In this document: positions 1 through 9,365 of the stretch, in pieces
How the letters are laid out: each line of letters begins with the position of its first letter
Numbering within the stretch: the stretch's first letter is position 1
From: an uncultured archaeon
GTDB taxonomy: Archaea; Asgardarchaeota; Hermodarchaeia; Hermodarchaeales; Hermodarchaeaceae
Direction: 5' to 3'
NCBI GenBank assembly: GCA_964347045.1
Contig: CAYFXC010000008.1
Coordinates: forward strand, 73,768 to 127,456
DNA length: 53,689 nt
Translations under genes and position numbers: made by a program
Notes under the pieces: model-generated
The model's input: the letters and a program-made list of their open reading frames with translations, nothing else
The model's database searches: none
What the model was told of the DNA's origin: nothing

Positions 1-2
1 GG

Positions 3-263
3 CTTCAACATCATTTGCCCCAATGGTGTTCAGACGATTTTCTTAATCAGTTTAATGAGGTCGATTTAGTAATTGCGAAGGGAATGGGACACCATGAGAC
101 TCTGCCCGAATTTTCAATACCTACACCTACTGCGCATCTGCTTCGAACAAAGTGCCAGCCAATTGCACGGTCTCTAAATGTAGCCAAAAATCAAAATGTA
201 GTGAATGTTATAATTAATCATCAAGGACCATTAGGATTGCTCCGAAAGAAGAATGTAAAATAA
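3..263 (+). CDS. ARMT1/DUF89-like damage-control phosphatase, C-terminal part (5' truncated by window edge)
   Basis: DLVIAKGMGHHETL and LLRTKCQPIARSL match the C-terminal motifs of DUF89 proteins; the frame is open to the window edge. Confidence 0.75.
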   Translation, partial: LQHHLPQWCSDDFLNQFNEVDLVIAKGMGHHETLPEFSIPTPTAHLLRTKCQPIARSLNVAKNQNVVNVIINHQGPLGLLRKKNVK

Positions 264-266
264 TGG

Positions 267-2066
267 CTATTCTGTTTCAGTACTGATATAGTAGTATTCA
301 CCGCGTTGTTTTTGTTCACGATCTAATCGGCTGTCTTCTTTGTTAACTCTTGGTCGCCCTGTTGCATAATCGCGACGAAATGTTACACCCATATCTTTAA
401 GAAAAGTATTCATTCCTAATCTAAGGTCAACCGGCGCTTGACAAAACCCAGATTTGCCAGGTTGCCCAGTGAAGACTGAAATTGTATCAGCAAAAGCGGA
501 TAATGCTACCATATCATGTTCAACAACAAAGGCGGCTTTCCCTTTATCATGGACAATAGACCGAATCACCTTTGCTGCTGCTAGCCGTTGTTCAATATCT
601 AAGAATGCAGAAGGTTCATCAATCAGGAAGAGGTCAGCAGGTCGAGCAAGGCAAGCAGCAATTGCAACCCGTTGAAGTTCGCCACCACTTAGCTCATTGA
701 TCTTCCGATCTTCTAATTTATCTAGTGATAATGGACGTGTAATATCCGATCTGAAAATGCTGGTCAACACTGAAGCGCCTCCCACTTCTTGGAGTGCCTC
801 GATAACAGTGTTTTCACTTTCAGCACTTAGGTATTGGGGTTTGTAACTGACCTTGATATCTGTTTCAGGAATTGAACCCTCATCAGGTACCAAATCTTGG
901 GCTAGTAGACGAACAAAGGTAGTCTTTCCAATACCATTAGGCCCAAGCACCCCGATAACTTCACCCTGATGAATCGTCCCAGGCATTATTTGAAGATTAA
1001 AATCCTCGAACCGTTTCACCATGGCATCATATTCGAAGAGCAGTTCGACACTAGCCCAGAAATCTTCGGTGGGAGGACGAGTATCAAATCGAATTTCTTC
1101 ATTTCGAAAGCGTACGTTGCTGTCAGGTAAAAAGCCGTTAAGGTAGATATTGATTCCTTCTCGGACTCCATGTGGATTTGAAACAATTCCATAGACTCCT
1201 GGTTCACCGTAGAATATGCATACGTAATCGGAGATATAATCTGCGACCGCCAAATCGTGGACAACGCTGATAACCATTTTTCCTTCTAATGCTAGTGAAC
1301 GAATAGCACGAGCGGTACGAACTCGTTGATAAACGTCAAGATAGGAAGTGGGTTCGTCTATTAGATACACATCTGCGTCTCGAGCCATGACGGCAGCAAT
1401 TGCTACCCGTTGTAATTCACCTCCACTAAGAACAGATACATCTCGGTGAAGCACATTATCAAGTTCTAGCTGTTCTGTGAGAGGGCCGAGAATTCCTCGT
1501 TCGTCAGTGGATTCAAGGAGTGACTGAACAGAGCCTTTGTAAGCTTCAGGAATAGTAGTTACAATTTGGGGTTTGTAAGCAACGGTAAGGTCACCTTTTG
1601 AGGCTTTTTCAAAATAGGGTTGCAACCCTGATCCCCGATAATGAAGAATGATTTCAGACCAGACGGGGGGTTCTTCGAAGTTTCCTAAATTTGGTTGTAA
1701 TTGAAGCGCAAGAATTTGTAATGCCGTTGATTTCCCTGTTCCATTTGCTCCGACAAGCCCTGTGACAGCACCAGGCGTAGGGATGGGTAATCGGAATAAT
1801 TTGAAGCTATTGGGTCCGTACCGATGAGAGGTATCAGTTTCTAGTTCATCAGCGAGATTGATGATACGCAGTGCCCCGAATGGGCATTTTCGCGTACAGA
1901 TTCCACAACCAGTACATAAGATTTCAACAATGCGTGGTTGAGCGTCTTTTTTTTCTTCAAAAATGACAACTTCGTCGCCCATTCGTTGAGGAGGGCAGAA
2001 TCGTTGGCATTCTTTTGTACACTTGGAGGGGTTGCAGGCTCGTGGATCTAATATAGCGACACGCAT
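267..2066 (-). CDS. rli: ABCE1/RLI ribosome recycling ATPase
   Basis: N-terminal Fe-S motifs CNPSKCTKECQRFCP and CTGCGICTRKCPF; two ABC domains (GANGTGKS, GPNGIGKT, LSGGELQR x2); C-terminal GRPRVNK. Likely start is ATG 2066 after GGAG (ORF extends to 2120). Confidence 0.97.
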   Translation of the reverse strand: MRVAILDPRACNPSKCTKECQRFCPPQRMGDEVVIFEEKKDAQPRIVEILCTGCGICTRKCPFGALRIINLADELETDTSHRYGPNSFKLFRLPIPTPGAVTGLVGANGTGKSTALQILALQLQPNLGNFEEPPVWSEIILHYRGSGLQPYFEKASKGDLTVAYKPQIVTTIPEAYKGSVQSLLESTDERGILGPLTEQLELDNVLHRDVSVLSGGELQRVAIAAVMARDADVYLIDEPTSYLDVYQRVRTARAIRSLALEGKMVISVVHDLAVADYISDYVCIFYGEPGVYGIVSNPHGVREGINIYLNGFLPDSNVRFRNEEIRFDTRPPTEDFWASVELLFEYDAMVKRFEDFNLQIMPGTIHQGEVIGVLGPNGIGKTTFVRLLAQDLVPDEGSIPETDIKVSYKPQYLSAESENTVIEALQEVGGASVLTSIFRSDITRPLSLDKLEDRKINELSGGELQRVAIAACLARPADLFLIDEPSAFLDIEQRLAAAKVIRSIVHDKGKAAFVVEHDMVALSAFADTISVFTGQPGKSGFCQAPVDLRLGMNTFLKDMGVTFRRDYATGRPRVNKEDSRLDREQKQRGEYYYISTETE

Positions 2067-2143
2067 TGAGGGAACTCCGTCATCTTCGACTACAATGCTG
2101 GTTTTTAGTTTTGTGGGCATGCTACTAGAGTAGCATTAAATTA

Positions 2144-3508
2144 CTATAATTGAAGCCATTCAGCTCGTTGCTGAAGAAACTTAAGAGCTTTTGCGGCTCG
2201 CTGTGGCGTAGCAAAGTTGGGGATTCCGGCTTCAGTCAGAATTGGAATCCCTGGTTCCACAATATCCTCAGCTAGCCAACAGGTAATCAAAGGTTTCTGC
2301 GGGTTGCATAGTTGTGCTTGTGCGATACTCTCCGATATTGTTTTAATGTCAGAAAAGGGTGTAGGAACACACAAAACAAGCACCATGTCTACATCTTCAT
2401 TTTTGAGAAGAGTTTCTGTGACTAGTTGATAAGTAGTCGGAGAGCCTTCTGGTCCTAAGTCAACAGGATTTGCCATTGAGCAAAATGGTGGTAGGAATGA
2501 TTTAAACTCTTGAACTAGCGAAACCGGGAAAGGATTAACATCAAGACCATTTTGAGCACAGGCATCAACCGCAAGAACTCCGGGACCCCCACTGTTTGTA
2601 ATGATTCCAACTCGTTTTCCACGAGGCAGTTTCTGATTCAATAATATTAGACACCCATCAATGAACTCGTCAAGAGTGGAAGCTTGAAGAACCCCCGCCT
2701 GCCGAAAAGCTCCTTCATATACTGCCTTTACCCCTGCCATAGCCCCCGTATGTGATTGAATCGCCTGTGTGGCTACTTGAGTTTCTCCAGGCTTGAGAAC
2801 AATAACAGGTTTATGAGGTGTTATGGTGCGTGCTTCAGTTAGAAACTGACGAGCATTTCTGATCCCTTCGAGATAACAGCCAATTAATTTCGTAGGTTTG
2901 TGTCCACCCAGAAAGGAGAGTATTTCTTCTGACCCAACATCTGTTGCATTTCCGTAGCTGACAAACATACTTAACCCAATTCCAACATTGCGTGCCATAG
3001 CAAAAATTACCGCACACATGGCGCCACTTTGTGAAAGAAAAGCTAGGTTTCCAGGTTGAAGTCGATTTTCAATACTTGCATAAATTCCCTCCGTTGTTGA
3101 TGCAAACCCAGCGCAATTCGGCCCCAACATTCTCATACCATATTTAGTTACACGTTTTTGTAGTTCCTGTTCTCCGGGTATGTCACCTAATTCACTAAAC
3201 CCAGAACTCATTACTATAACAGAATTGACCCCTTTGCGCCCACAGGCGTCTATGGCATCTAGTACCCGATCCTTTCGTAAAACAATAATTACCATGTCAA
3301 TATCATTTGGTACTGCTTCAATTGAAGGATAAACAGGGATATCAAAAAGGACTTTGAGTCGTCGATTTATTGGATAAATCGGACGATTATATTTTCCAAG
3401 TATCAGGCTTCGGACAACCTCGTAGCCAATACGGTCGGGTTTATCCGTAGCTCCAAGCACTGCGATGGACTGGGGTCGAAACAATGAATTTAGGGATGTA
3501 TGGGACAT
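2144..3508 (-). CDS. acdA: ADP-forming acetyl/acyl-CoA synthetase alpha subunit
   Basis: LFRPQSIAVLGAT CoA-binding start, GPNC, SQSGA, phospho-His motif SHTGAMAG, TNSGGPG, NPVDL; no ATP-grasp domain and no adjacent beta subunit; likely start ATG 3508. Confidence 0.88.
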   Translation of the reverse strand: MSHTSLNSLFRPQSIAVLGATDKPDRIGYEVVRSLILGKYNRPIYPINRRLKVLFDIPVYPSIEAVPNDIDMVIIVLRKDRVLDAIDACGRKGVNSVIVMSSGFSELGDIPGEQELQKRVTKYGMRMLGPNCAGFASTTEGIYASIENRLQPGNLAFLSQSGAMCAVIFAMARNVGIGLSMFVSYGNATDVGSEEILSFLGGHKPTKLIGCYLEGIRNARQFLTEARTITPHKPVIVLKPGETQVATQAIQSHTGAMAGVKAVYEGAFRQAGVLQASTLDEFIDGCLILLNQKLPRGKRVGIITNSGGPGVLAVDACAQNGLDVNPFPVSLVQEFKSFLPPFCSMANPVDLGPEGSPTTYQLVTETLLKNEDVDMVLVLCVPTPFSDIKTISESIAQAQLCNPQKPLITCWLAEDIVEPGIPILTEAGIPNFATPQRAAKALKFLQQRAEWLQL

Positions 3509-3639
3509 ACAACACACCACTGGGTTGAAATTGGATGGCTACCCTATGGCAGGCAGCCTTTGGAGTGCAATAACCCAGAGTGTTTTAAGACTTGCTGGCG
3601 AGGCAGTGAAAATAATTGTGTAGAGGCCATGAATTTGTG

Positions 3640-4587
3640 TTAGGTGAATTGGATGATTTTAGCGATTTCCCTTTGTCGCGAGCGAAGCGTGACCTCGGTT
3701 ATGCCTAAGGTAGTAGCAACAGCTTGTTGTGATCGGGTTTCATCAAGTTGTTTAGCGGCTAAATAGATTGCAGCAGCAACATAGCCTTTAGGATCTTTCC
3801 CAGAGAGCTGAAGTTTTTGTGCGGTGATGCCAAGAATTTCAATAGCCCTTTGTTCAACGGGTGCTGATAAGCCTAAAGCATTAGCAAAGCGTGGTACAAT
3901 TGAAGCTAGATTTTGCTGCTTGGGCTTTAGGTTAAGCGTTTTAACCAATAGAACGTAGCACCGTTTGATTACTCGATCTTCTTCAGCTGAAGTTTTTAAA
4001 ATACTATCTAAAGTTAATGGAAAACCACAAGTTTTCGCAGCTGCAAATACGCAAGCAGCAACCATGGCTTTAATACTATGCCCTCGGAGTAGGTCATGTT
4101 TGTACGCTTTCCGATAGTAAATTGCTGCTGTTTCACGAATATGCCCGGGGATACTCAACTTTTCAGCCATACGCCGAATTTCAGTAAATGCAATAGTGAA
4201 GTTTCGTCGACGCCAAGTTGATCGTGAGTTCCAGCGCATAATCCGTTCAAGGCGACCAGCATGTTCAACAGAAATGCCATTTCCGTTCAATCGGGTGGAC
4301 ACCTTTGTTGATAAACCAAAATCAGGGAGCATTTGAGAAAGAGGTAATCCGTTGGTACTCCGTTGCGCCTTTTCCTCAGGTGTGAAAGCTCGAACTCCAG
4401 CACGGTGATCAATCATGGCTTCGGATAGAACCATACCGCAGCCGGTACAGATGAGTTCACCCCGTTGAGGATCATGCACAATATCCTGTGACCCACAATC
4501 TTGACAGCGGGTAGCATCAGAATGTTTTGTGGTGACTGCTTCATTATTCGAATATTCTACAGTCAAGAAGCCTTTAACCTCACACAC
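3640..4587 (-). CDS. tfb: Transcription initiation factor IIB (divergent TFB)
   Basis: Zn ribbon CQDC...CTGCG, two cyclin repeats (LRGHSIKAMVAACVF; SGKDPKGYVAAAIYLA), C-terminal HTH GITEVTLRSR; exact start uncertain. Confidence 0.93.
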   Translation of the reverse strand: MCEVKGFLTVEYSNNEAVTTKHSDATRCQDCGSQDIVHDPQRGELICTGCGMVLSEAMIDHRAGVRAFTPEEKAQRSTNGLPLSQMLPDFGLSTKVSTRLNGNGISVEHAGRLERIMRWNSRSTWRRRNFTIAFTEIRRMAEKLSIPGHIRETAAIYYRKAYKHDLLRGHSIKAMVAACVFAAAKTCGFPLTLDSILKTSAEEDRVIKRCYVLLVKTLNLKPKQQNLASIVPRFANALGLSAPVEQRAIEILGITAQKLQLSGKDPKGYVAAAIYLAAKQLDETRSQQAVATTLGITEVTLRSRQREIAKIIQFT

Positions 4588-4675
4588 TAAGAGGCGTCAG
4601 CGTCTTTTTTTAACTCCGCAATAATAGCACTAAAAACATCAACTTATGCTTATAAACACGGATATTTTTAGGAAG

Positions 4676-5578
4676 TCAGCCAGCTTCTTTGATAAGTGTA
4701 GCAAGAGCTTGATGGCGGAGACCAGGGAAGTAGTTGTGATGTTTAGAAATCTGAACAGTCACTGTAGGGATGTGTTTATTCTGTCGGGTGGTTCGAACAA
4801 TTTTATCTACTTCAGTTAGGTTTTCCCCAACGAGAAGGCTAATCATAATAGGAGCTTCAACAGAAATGTAAGTTTCCCACAGTGAGAGGGGAAAGGTCTC
4901 CTCCAGCCAAGAGGCTATTGCCTTATGATCTGCTGCCCGTTCATCCCATGAAATCCGCATTAAAAAAGGAATATTTTCTGCGACGCCAAGTTCGACGAAG
5001 GCAGAAAACCTCACGGCTTGGCCATCAATAATTTCATTGATTAGTTTTCGGACGCGCCGGGCAGTTAGCCCTGATTGATCGGCGATGTCAACAATGGATT
5101 TTCGAGGATTATCCATTAGTGTTTTCAGGATGCGAAGGTGGAGTTTTGAGAACTTCATTGTAGAGCTTGGTAAACTCAACAGCTGGTGTGTTTCAATGTT
5201 GTAAACACAATCGAAGCTTCGAAGAAATGCACCGAGATCCCAGAGATCTTGCGAATCACGAAATTCAGCAATGAGGGCATAATGTCCGCCCGTGTAAGAT
5301 GCTGCGGCGATTACTTTGTTATTTTCTCCCAGCGTATTTACAAATTCTGCTTCATCTTGTGAGCCATCAGTTGATAGCATCCCAAAAAGGAGGTCTGTGC
5401 CAATCATATTTGGGGATAGTTTGATTGTGTAACCTGTGATAATACCTGTATCTTCAAGTTTTCGGACTCGTTTTTTAATAGCGCTAGAAGAAATGCCATA
5501 TTTGATTGCAAGTTCTCGATAAGTGATTCGGCAGTTAGAAACCAAATCCTTGAGAAGGCTAATATCTATTTCATCCAA
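4676..5578 (-). CDS. Lrp/AsnC-like regulator with two HTH-RAM repeats
   Basis: N-terminal MDEIDISLLKDL..NCRITYRELA..IKKRVRKLEDTGII; second HTH HLRILKTLMDNPRKSIVDIADQSGLTARRVRK. Confidence 0.85.
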   Translation of the reverse strand: MDEIDISLLKDLVSNCRITYRELAIKYGISSSAIKKRVRKLEDTGIITGYTIKLSPNMIGTDLLFGMLSTDGSQDEAEFVNTLGENNKVIAAASYTGGHYALIAEFRDSQDLWDLGAFLRSFDCVYNIETHQLLSLPSSTMKFSKLHLRILKTLMDNPRKSIVDIADQSGLTARRVRKLINEIIDGQAVRFSAFVELGVAENIPFLMRISWDERAADHKAIASWLEETFPLSLWETYISVEAPIMISLLVGENLTEVDKIVRTTRQNKHIPTVTVQISKHHNYFPGLRHQALATLIKEAG

Positions 5579-5600
5579 GGATTACCACCTTGACTCGCTA

Positions 5601-6944
5601 TTACTGAGTTGGAACTCGACCAACCTTCCATTTGGTGTGAGGTAACATATTGGTGGTGTCAATTAGTCGATCTTCAATTCTTGCTAGTGTTGATTTAGCC
5701 TTTTTAAATTCAGCATGGGATGCAAGGAGAATAACACAATCTGCGCTCAGTGCTTTATCAAATGTAGCGGGAATGAATCCAAACTCAGAAAGTTCCTGGT
5801 TTGAAAAATATGGATCATGGGCTAGTATGGCTTTAGGATTGTACCCCCGAAGTTGTTCAAGAATTTGAAGGCTTGCAGCAAATCGTGTTTCTTTAACATC
5901 AGCTCTGAATGACACACCCAGCAGGCTAATTTGAGAGCCTTTGATGGATTTCTTTTGGGCATTTAGGCACCGAATCACTAAATCAACTGTGTGAAAAGGC
6001 ATGCTATCATTGATGTATCGTGCCTGACGAAGTAAAGCTGAGTTAACCCCCAACTCCTTGGCCTTATTGATTAAAAACCATGGATAGACCGGGATGCAAT
6101 GCCCTCCTACGCCAGCACTAGGTCGATGAATCATACAATGTTCGCTCGTATCCTCGTTGGCTGCAGCGATGATTTCCCAGACATCAACACCCAAGGGTTC
6201 ACAAAGTTTAGCTAAGAAATTCGCATATCCAATGTTGACATCACGGAAGGTTCCTTCAGCCACCTTGACAAGCTCAGCTGCAAGCAACGAGGAGGTTTGT
6301 ACAACATCACCAAATATACCAAAAACACCAGCAGCGGCCTTTGTACTAGCTTCGTCAATTCCACCAACGATTTTGGGAAACTTGTAAAGATTCCGGACCA
6401 CTCGGCCCACCATAAGTCGTTCAGGACTATGAGCAAGACCAAAATCCTTTCCAGCAGTTAATCCACTTGCAGCTTCCAGGATGGGTTTAATTACTTGTTC
6501 TGTGGCACCAGGAGGCATTGTAGTAGAGGTTATCACTAAGTCGCCTTTTTCTAGGCCTTTTCCTGCTGCTTCGGTAGCCCTTCGAATAATGGTATAATCT
6601 TCCTGACCTGTTGTATTAACTAAGAGCGTGACCAGAAGGATAATGACATCAGATTCTTTAGCTGCAGCAGTGCCATCAATCGTTGCACGGAACTTACCAG
6701 TCTTAACCATTTCTTTAAGGAGTTTGGGAATCTTAGGTTCTCCAATAAGTGGGGATTCACCTCGATTTATTTGATCAACAACAGCCTGATTCGTTCGAAC
6801 ACCGACAACCTTTGCACCTTCTTTAGCGAATGCAACAGCTACGGGGAGACCCATATTTCCGATACCGACAAGATCCATAGTCACGTCCCCATTGCGGATT
6901 GCGTGTGAAACTGCTGCAGCAGATTTTCCGTACACTTTGACCAT
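5601..6944 (-). CDS. Nucleotide-sugar dehydrogenase (UDP-ManNAc/UDP-GlcNAc dehydrogenase, WecC-like)
   Basis: GIGNMGLP Rossmann motif, SPERL, catalytic GVGGHCIP, LGVSFRADV. Confidence 0.9.
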   Translation of the reverse strand: MVKVYGKSAAAVSHAIRNGDVTMDLVGIGNMGLPVAVAFAKEGAKVVGVRTNQAVVDQINRGESPLIGEPKIPKLLKEMVKTGKFRATIDGTAAAKESDVIILLVTLLVNTTGQEDYTIIRRATEAAGKGLEKGDLVITSTTMPPGATEQVIKPILEAASGLTAGKDFGLAHSPERLMVGRVVRNLYKFPKIVGGIDEASTKAAAGVFGIFGDVVQTSSLLAAELVKVAEGTFRDVNIGYANFLAKLCEPLGVDVWEIIAAANEDTSEHCMIHRPSAGVGGHCIPVYPWFLINKAKELGVNSALLRQARYINDSMPFHTVDLVIRCLNAQKKSIKGSQISLLGVSFRADVKETRFAASLQILEQLRGYNPKAILAHDPYFSNQELSEFGFIPATFDKALSADCVILLASHAEFKKAKSTLARIEDRLIDTTNMLPHTKWKVGRVPTQ

Positions 6945-7040
6945 TTAGCCAACCTCGCGCACTAAGCACTTCAAGCGCGCACTTAAGCATTATTGTTAAC
7001 AAACTTTTCAAAAAAAGGAAGAAATCTAGGTGCAATAGCG

Positions 7041-7742
7041 CTAGAATTTTTTAAGATTTAATTTGTCAGTGAGAAACGCTAGGATCATTGAGATGATGTG
7101 ATTAAGACGACGAGTCCAGAAATGATTTGCCCCTTTAATTATACGTAGATACTTATCTTCCACTTGCAACAGAGCATAGATTGTCTCTGCTTCAACGAGG
7201 TTGACTGTATCATCATCTTGACCATGAACAATATATGTTGGACAGGGGACATACCGAATAGCCTCCTTTATTAGTTCGGAATCCAAATCAGGGATACGAA
7301 TTGGTGCACTGATAGTTACAAGTGCAGCAGGAGAGACATCCATTGCCGCAGCCAAACTCATACTCCCACCAAAACTGTATCCAAGAAGGGCAATACGCGA
7401 AGTATCCGTATGAGTGTGATTTCGTAGAAAGTTTACAGCCGCTATCGTATCTTGGATTTCACCAATTCCCTGCCCAAATTTTCCCTGGCTTTTCCCTACT
7501 CCACGATAATTAAATCGAAGAGTATTGAATCCCTTGGCAATAGCCGCTTTTTGGATTGCTCTTATGCGACTATCATCCATTGACCCACCATAAATTGGAT
7601 GTGGGTGACAAAGTACTAATCCAGGTTGATTAGCTCGCTTGGATAATGCCAGAACCCCTTCCAAGGAAAGATGTGATGTTTCAATTGAAACAGCGTTTTC
7701 ACTGCCGTTCAAGGATTCATCGTTGTACTTTGAATTGAACAC
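7041..7742 (-). CDS. Alpha/beta hydrolase
   Basis: CHPHPIYGGSM, FNYRGVG, nucleophile elbow GYSFG, HGQDD, ANHF. Confidence 0.9.
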   Translation of the reverse strand: MFNSKYNDESLNGSENAVSIETSHLSLEGVLALSKRANQPGLVLCHPHPIYGGSMDDSRIRAIQKAAIAKGFNTLRFNYRGVGKSQGKFGQGIGEIQDTIAAVNFLRNHTHTDTSRIALLGYSFGGSMSLAAAMDVSPAALVTISAPIRIPDLDSELIKEAIRYVPCPTYIVHGQDDDTVNLVEAETIYALLQVEDKYLRIIKGANHFWTRRLNHIISMILAFLTDKLNLKKF

Positions 7743-7917
7743 GTAAATCCAAGCCTCCTGAAGTCGTAAGCGGCTATGAATTCGAGGTTGTCCTGTCCTT
7801 TTAAACCTGCGTCCTTCAATTGAAGCTCATTTAATTCAAGACCCATTTCGTAGTGAGTACGAAACTGCAGCAGATATTAAAGTTAGATGAGAAGGAACGC
7901 ATAGAGGAGGTAATTTT

Positions 7918-8826
7918 GTGCCAAAAATATTAGGAAACTTTCATGAGCAGCTGGGTTTGAAAGTCATAGATAGTCATTCTCATTATCTTTCTTATGCGAC
8001 TTTTCAGTCATGGCAGGTAAGCTCAAAAGCAATTCAACGACGTATCCGTACCCGAACAGATATGACCGAAGTTGAGGTGCCTGGTCAGAATGAGGATTTT
8101 GCCCAACGTTGGGTCAGGGAAATTGATCGATATGGAATTACAAAGATTGGCATGATGGTGGGGCCTGAATCTTGGAACGAATTCGCTGACGCTCTTAAAC
8201 GATTTCCTGACAGGTTTCTTGGTTTTGCAAACATTAATCCTTGTTTACCGGATGCTGAAGAGAAGGCGCGCTATGTCATTCGTGAGCTTGGTTTCCATGG
8301 GTACAAACTCTACCCAGTACTCAATAACTTCCACACCTATGATAAGGAAGCGTACAAGATTTACCAAATTGCCGATGAGCTGAATGTTCCGGTGCTTCAT
8401 CATTTTGGTGTTTCAATTGGAGCAGGCGTCAATCTTCGATATAGCAACCCACTCGATTTGCAGCCCCCGGCTCGGGATTTCCCCAATGTCAATTTTGGTA
8501 TTGCCCATCTAGGTGCAGGAATGTTTCGAGAAACCCTCTTGCTCTTCTACCAGCAAGACAATATCTATGTTGACACATCGGGGTCGAACGTCTGGATGCG
8601 ATACATCCCCTATCCTTCGGATTTGAAAGGTGTAATGAAACGAGCTCTCGAAGCGGGAGGACCTGATCGGATAGTTTTTGGCACAGATAGCTCGATGTTT
8701 CCTCGGGGATTCCGATACGATATCCTTGAAAACCAGCTACGCATTTTCAAGGACTTAGGACTGTCGGATGAAGATATACAAAAAATATTCATAAAAAACA
8801 TATTATCGATTATAGGAAAGAAATGA
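7918..8826 (+). CDS. Amidohydrolase_2 family metal-dependent hydrolase
   Basis: IDSHSH, GYKLYP, VLHHFG, IAHLG, YVDTSG, VFGTD; GAGGAGGT RBS upstream. Confidence 0.9.
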   Translation: MPKILGNFHEQLGLKVIDSHSHYLSYATFQSWQVSSKAIQRRIRTRTDMTEVEVPGQNEDFAQRWVREIDRYGITKIGMMVGPESWNEFADALKRFPDRFLGFANINPCLPDAEEKARYVIRELGFHGYKLYPVLNNFHTYDKEAYKIYQIADELNVPVLHHFGVSIGAGVNLRYSNPLDLQPPARDFPNVNFGIAHLGAGMFRETLLLFYQQDNIYVDTSGSNVWMRYIPYPSDLKGVMKRALEAGGPDRIVFGTDSSMFPRGFRYDILENQLRIFKDLGLSDEDIQKIFIKNILSIIGKK

Positions 8827-8828
8827 GG

Positions 8829-9284
8829 CTACACTTCGGGATTGGTTTCAGTATTTGATTCTGAGGAATTCTCTTTTGGCTGTTGGCGTTTAAGAGGTTC
8901 TTTTGCATCGATGCTGTATATGGCTTTGACATAGAGTCCCCCCTCACATCGAGGACAAGGACCAATGTCTCGAAAAATGTGATCACCAGATTCCAGAGGT
9001 CCTTCGGTTTCAACACCACATTTTTCACAAGCGATCAGACGCCGAACTTCGGCAAATTCGAGCTTAGTCGGGGTACGGGTTCTGCGATAAACAAGGATTA
9101 AGAAAACGCCGAGAAATCCCACCCCGAGACCCCATAAAAGAAAATTGAGAGGTGGAGGTTGAAAAAATCCCCAAAATAATAGGACAATAATTAGAGCAAT
9201 AAGAAGTGCCCACCAAAAACGCTGACTCATACCTCCGGCTGTCAATTCTGGGCTGGGTTCTCCAGCCGCCTGGTAATTCGACAT
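8829..9284 (-). CDS. Membrane protein with two TM helices and C-terminal Zn finger
   Basis: Two hydrophobic helices followed by CEKC...CPRC. Confidence 0.75.
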   Translation of the reverse strand: MSNYQAAGEPSPELTAGGMSQRFWWALLIALIIVLLFWGFFQPPPLNFLLWGLGVGFLGVFLILVYRRTRTPTKLEFAEVRRLIACEKCGVETEGPLESGDHIFRDIGPCPRCEGGLYVKAIYSIDAKEPLKRQQPKENSSESNTETNPEV

Positions 9285-9365
9285 TTTCAGGTCACCTAAT
9301 TACGTTCTCAGTATTTATGTTTCAGCCTAACGATTCGGGATTTAGAATAGTTTCACATCCAAGTG

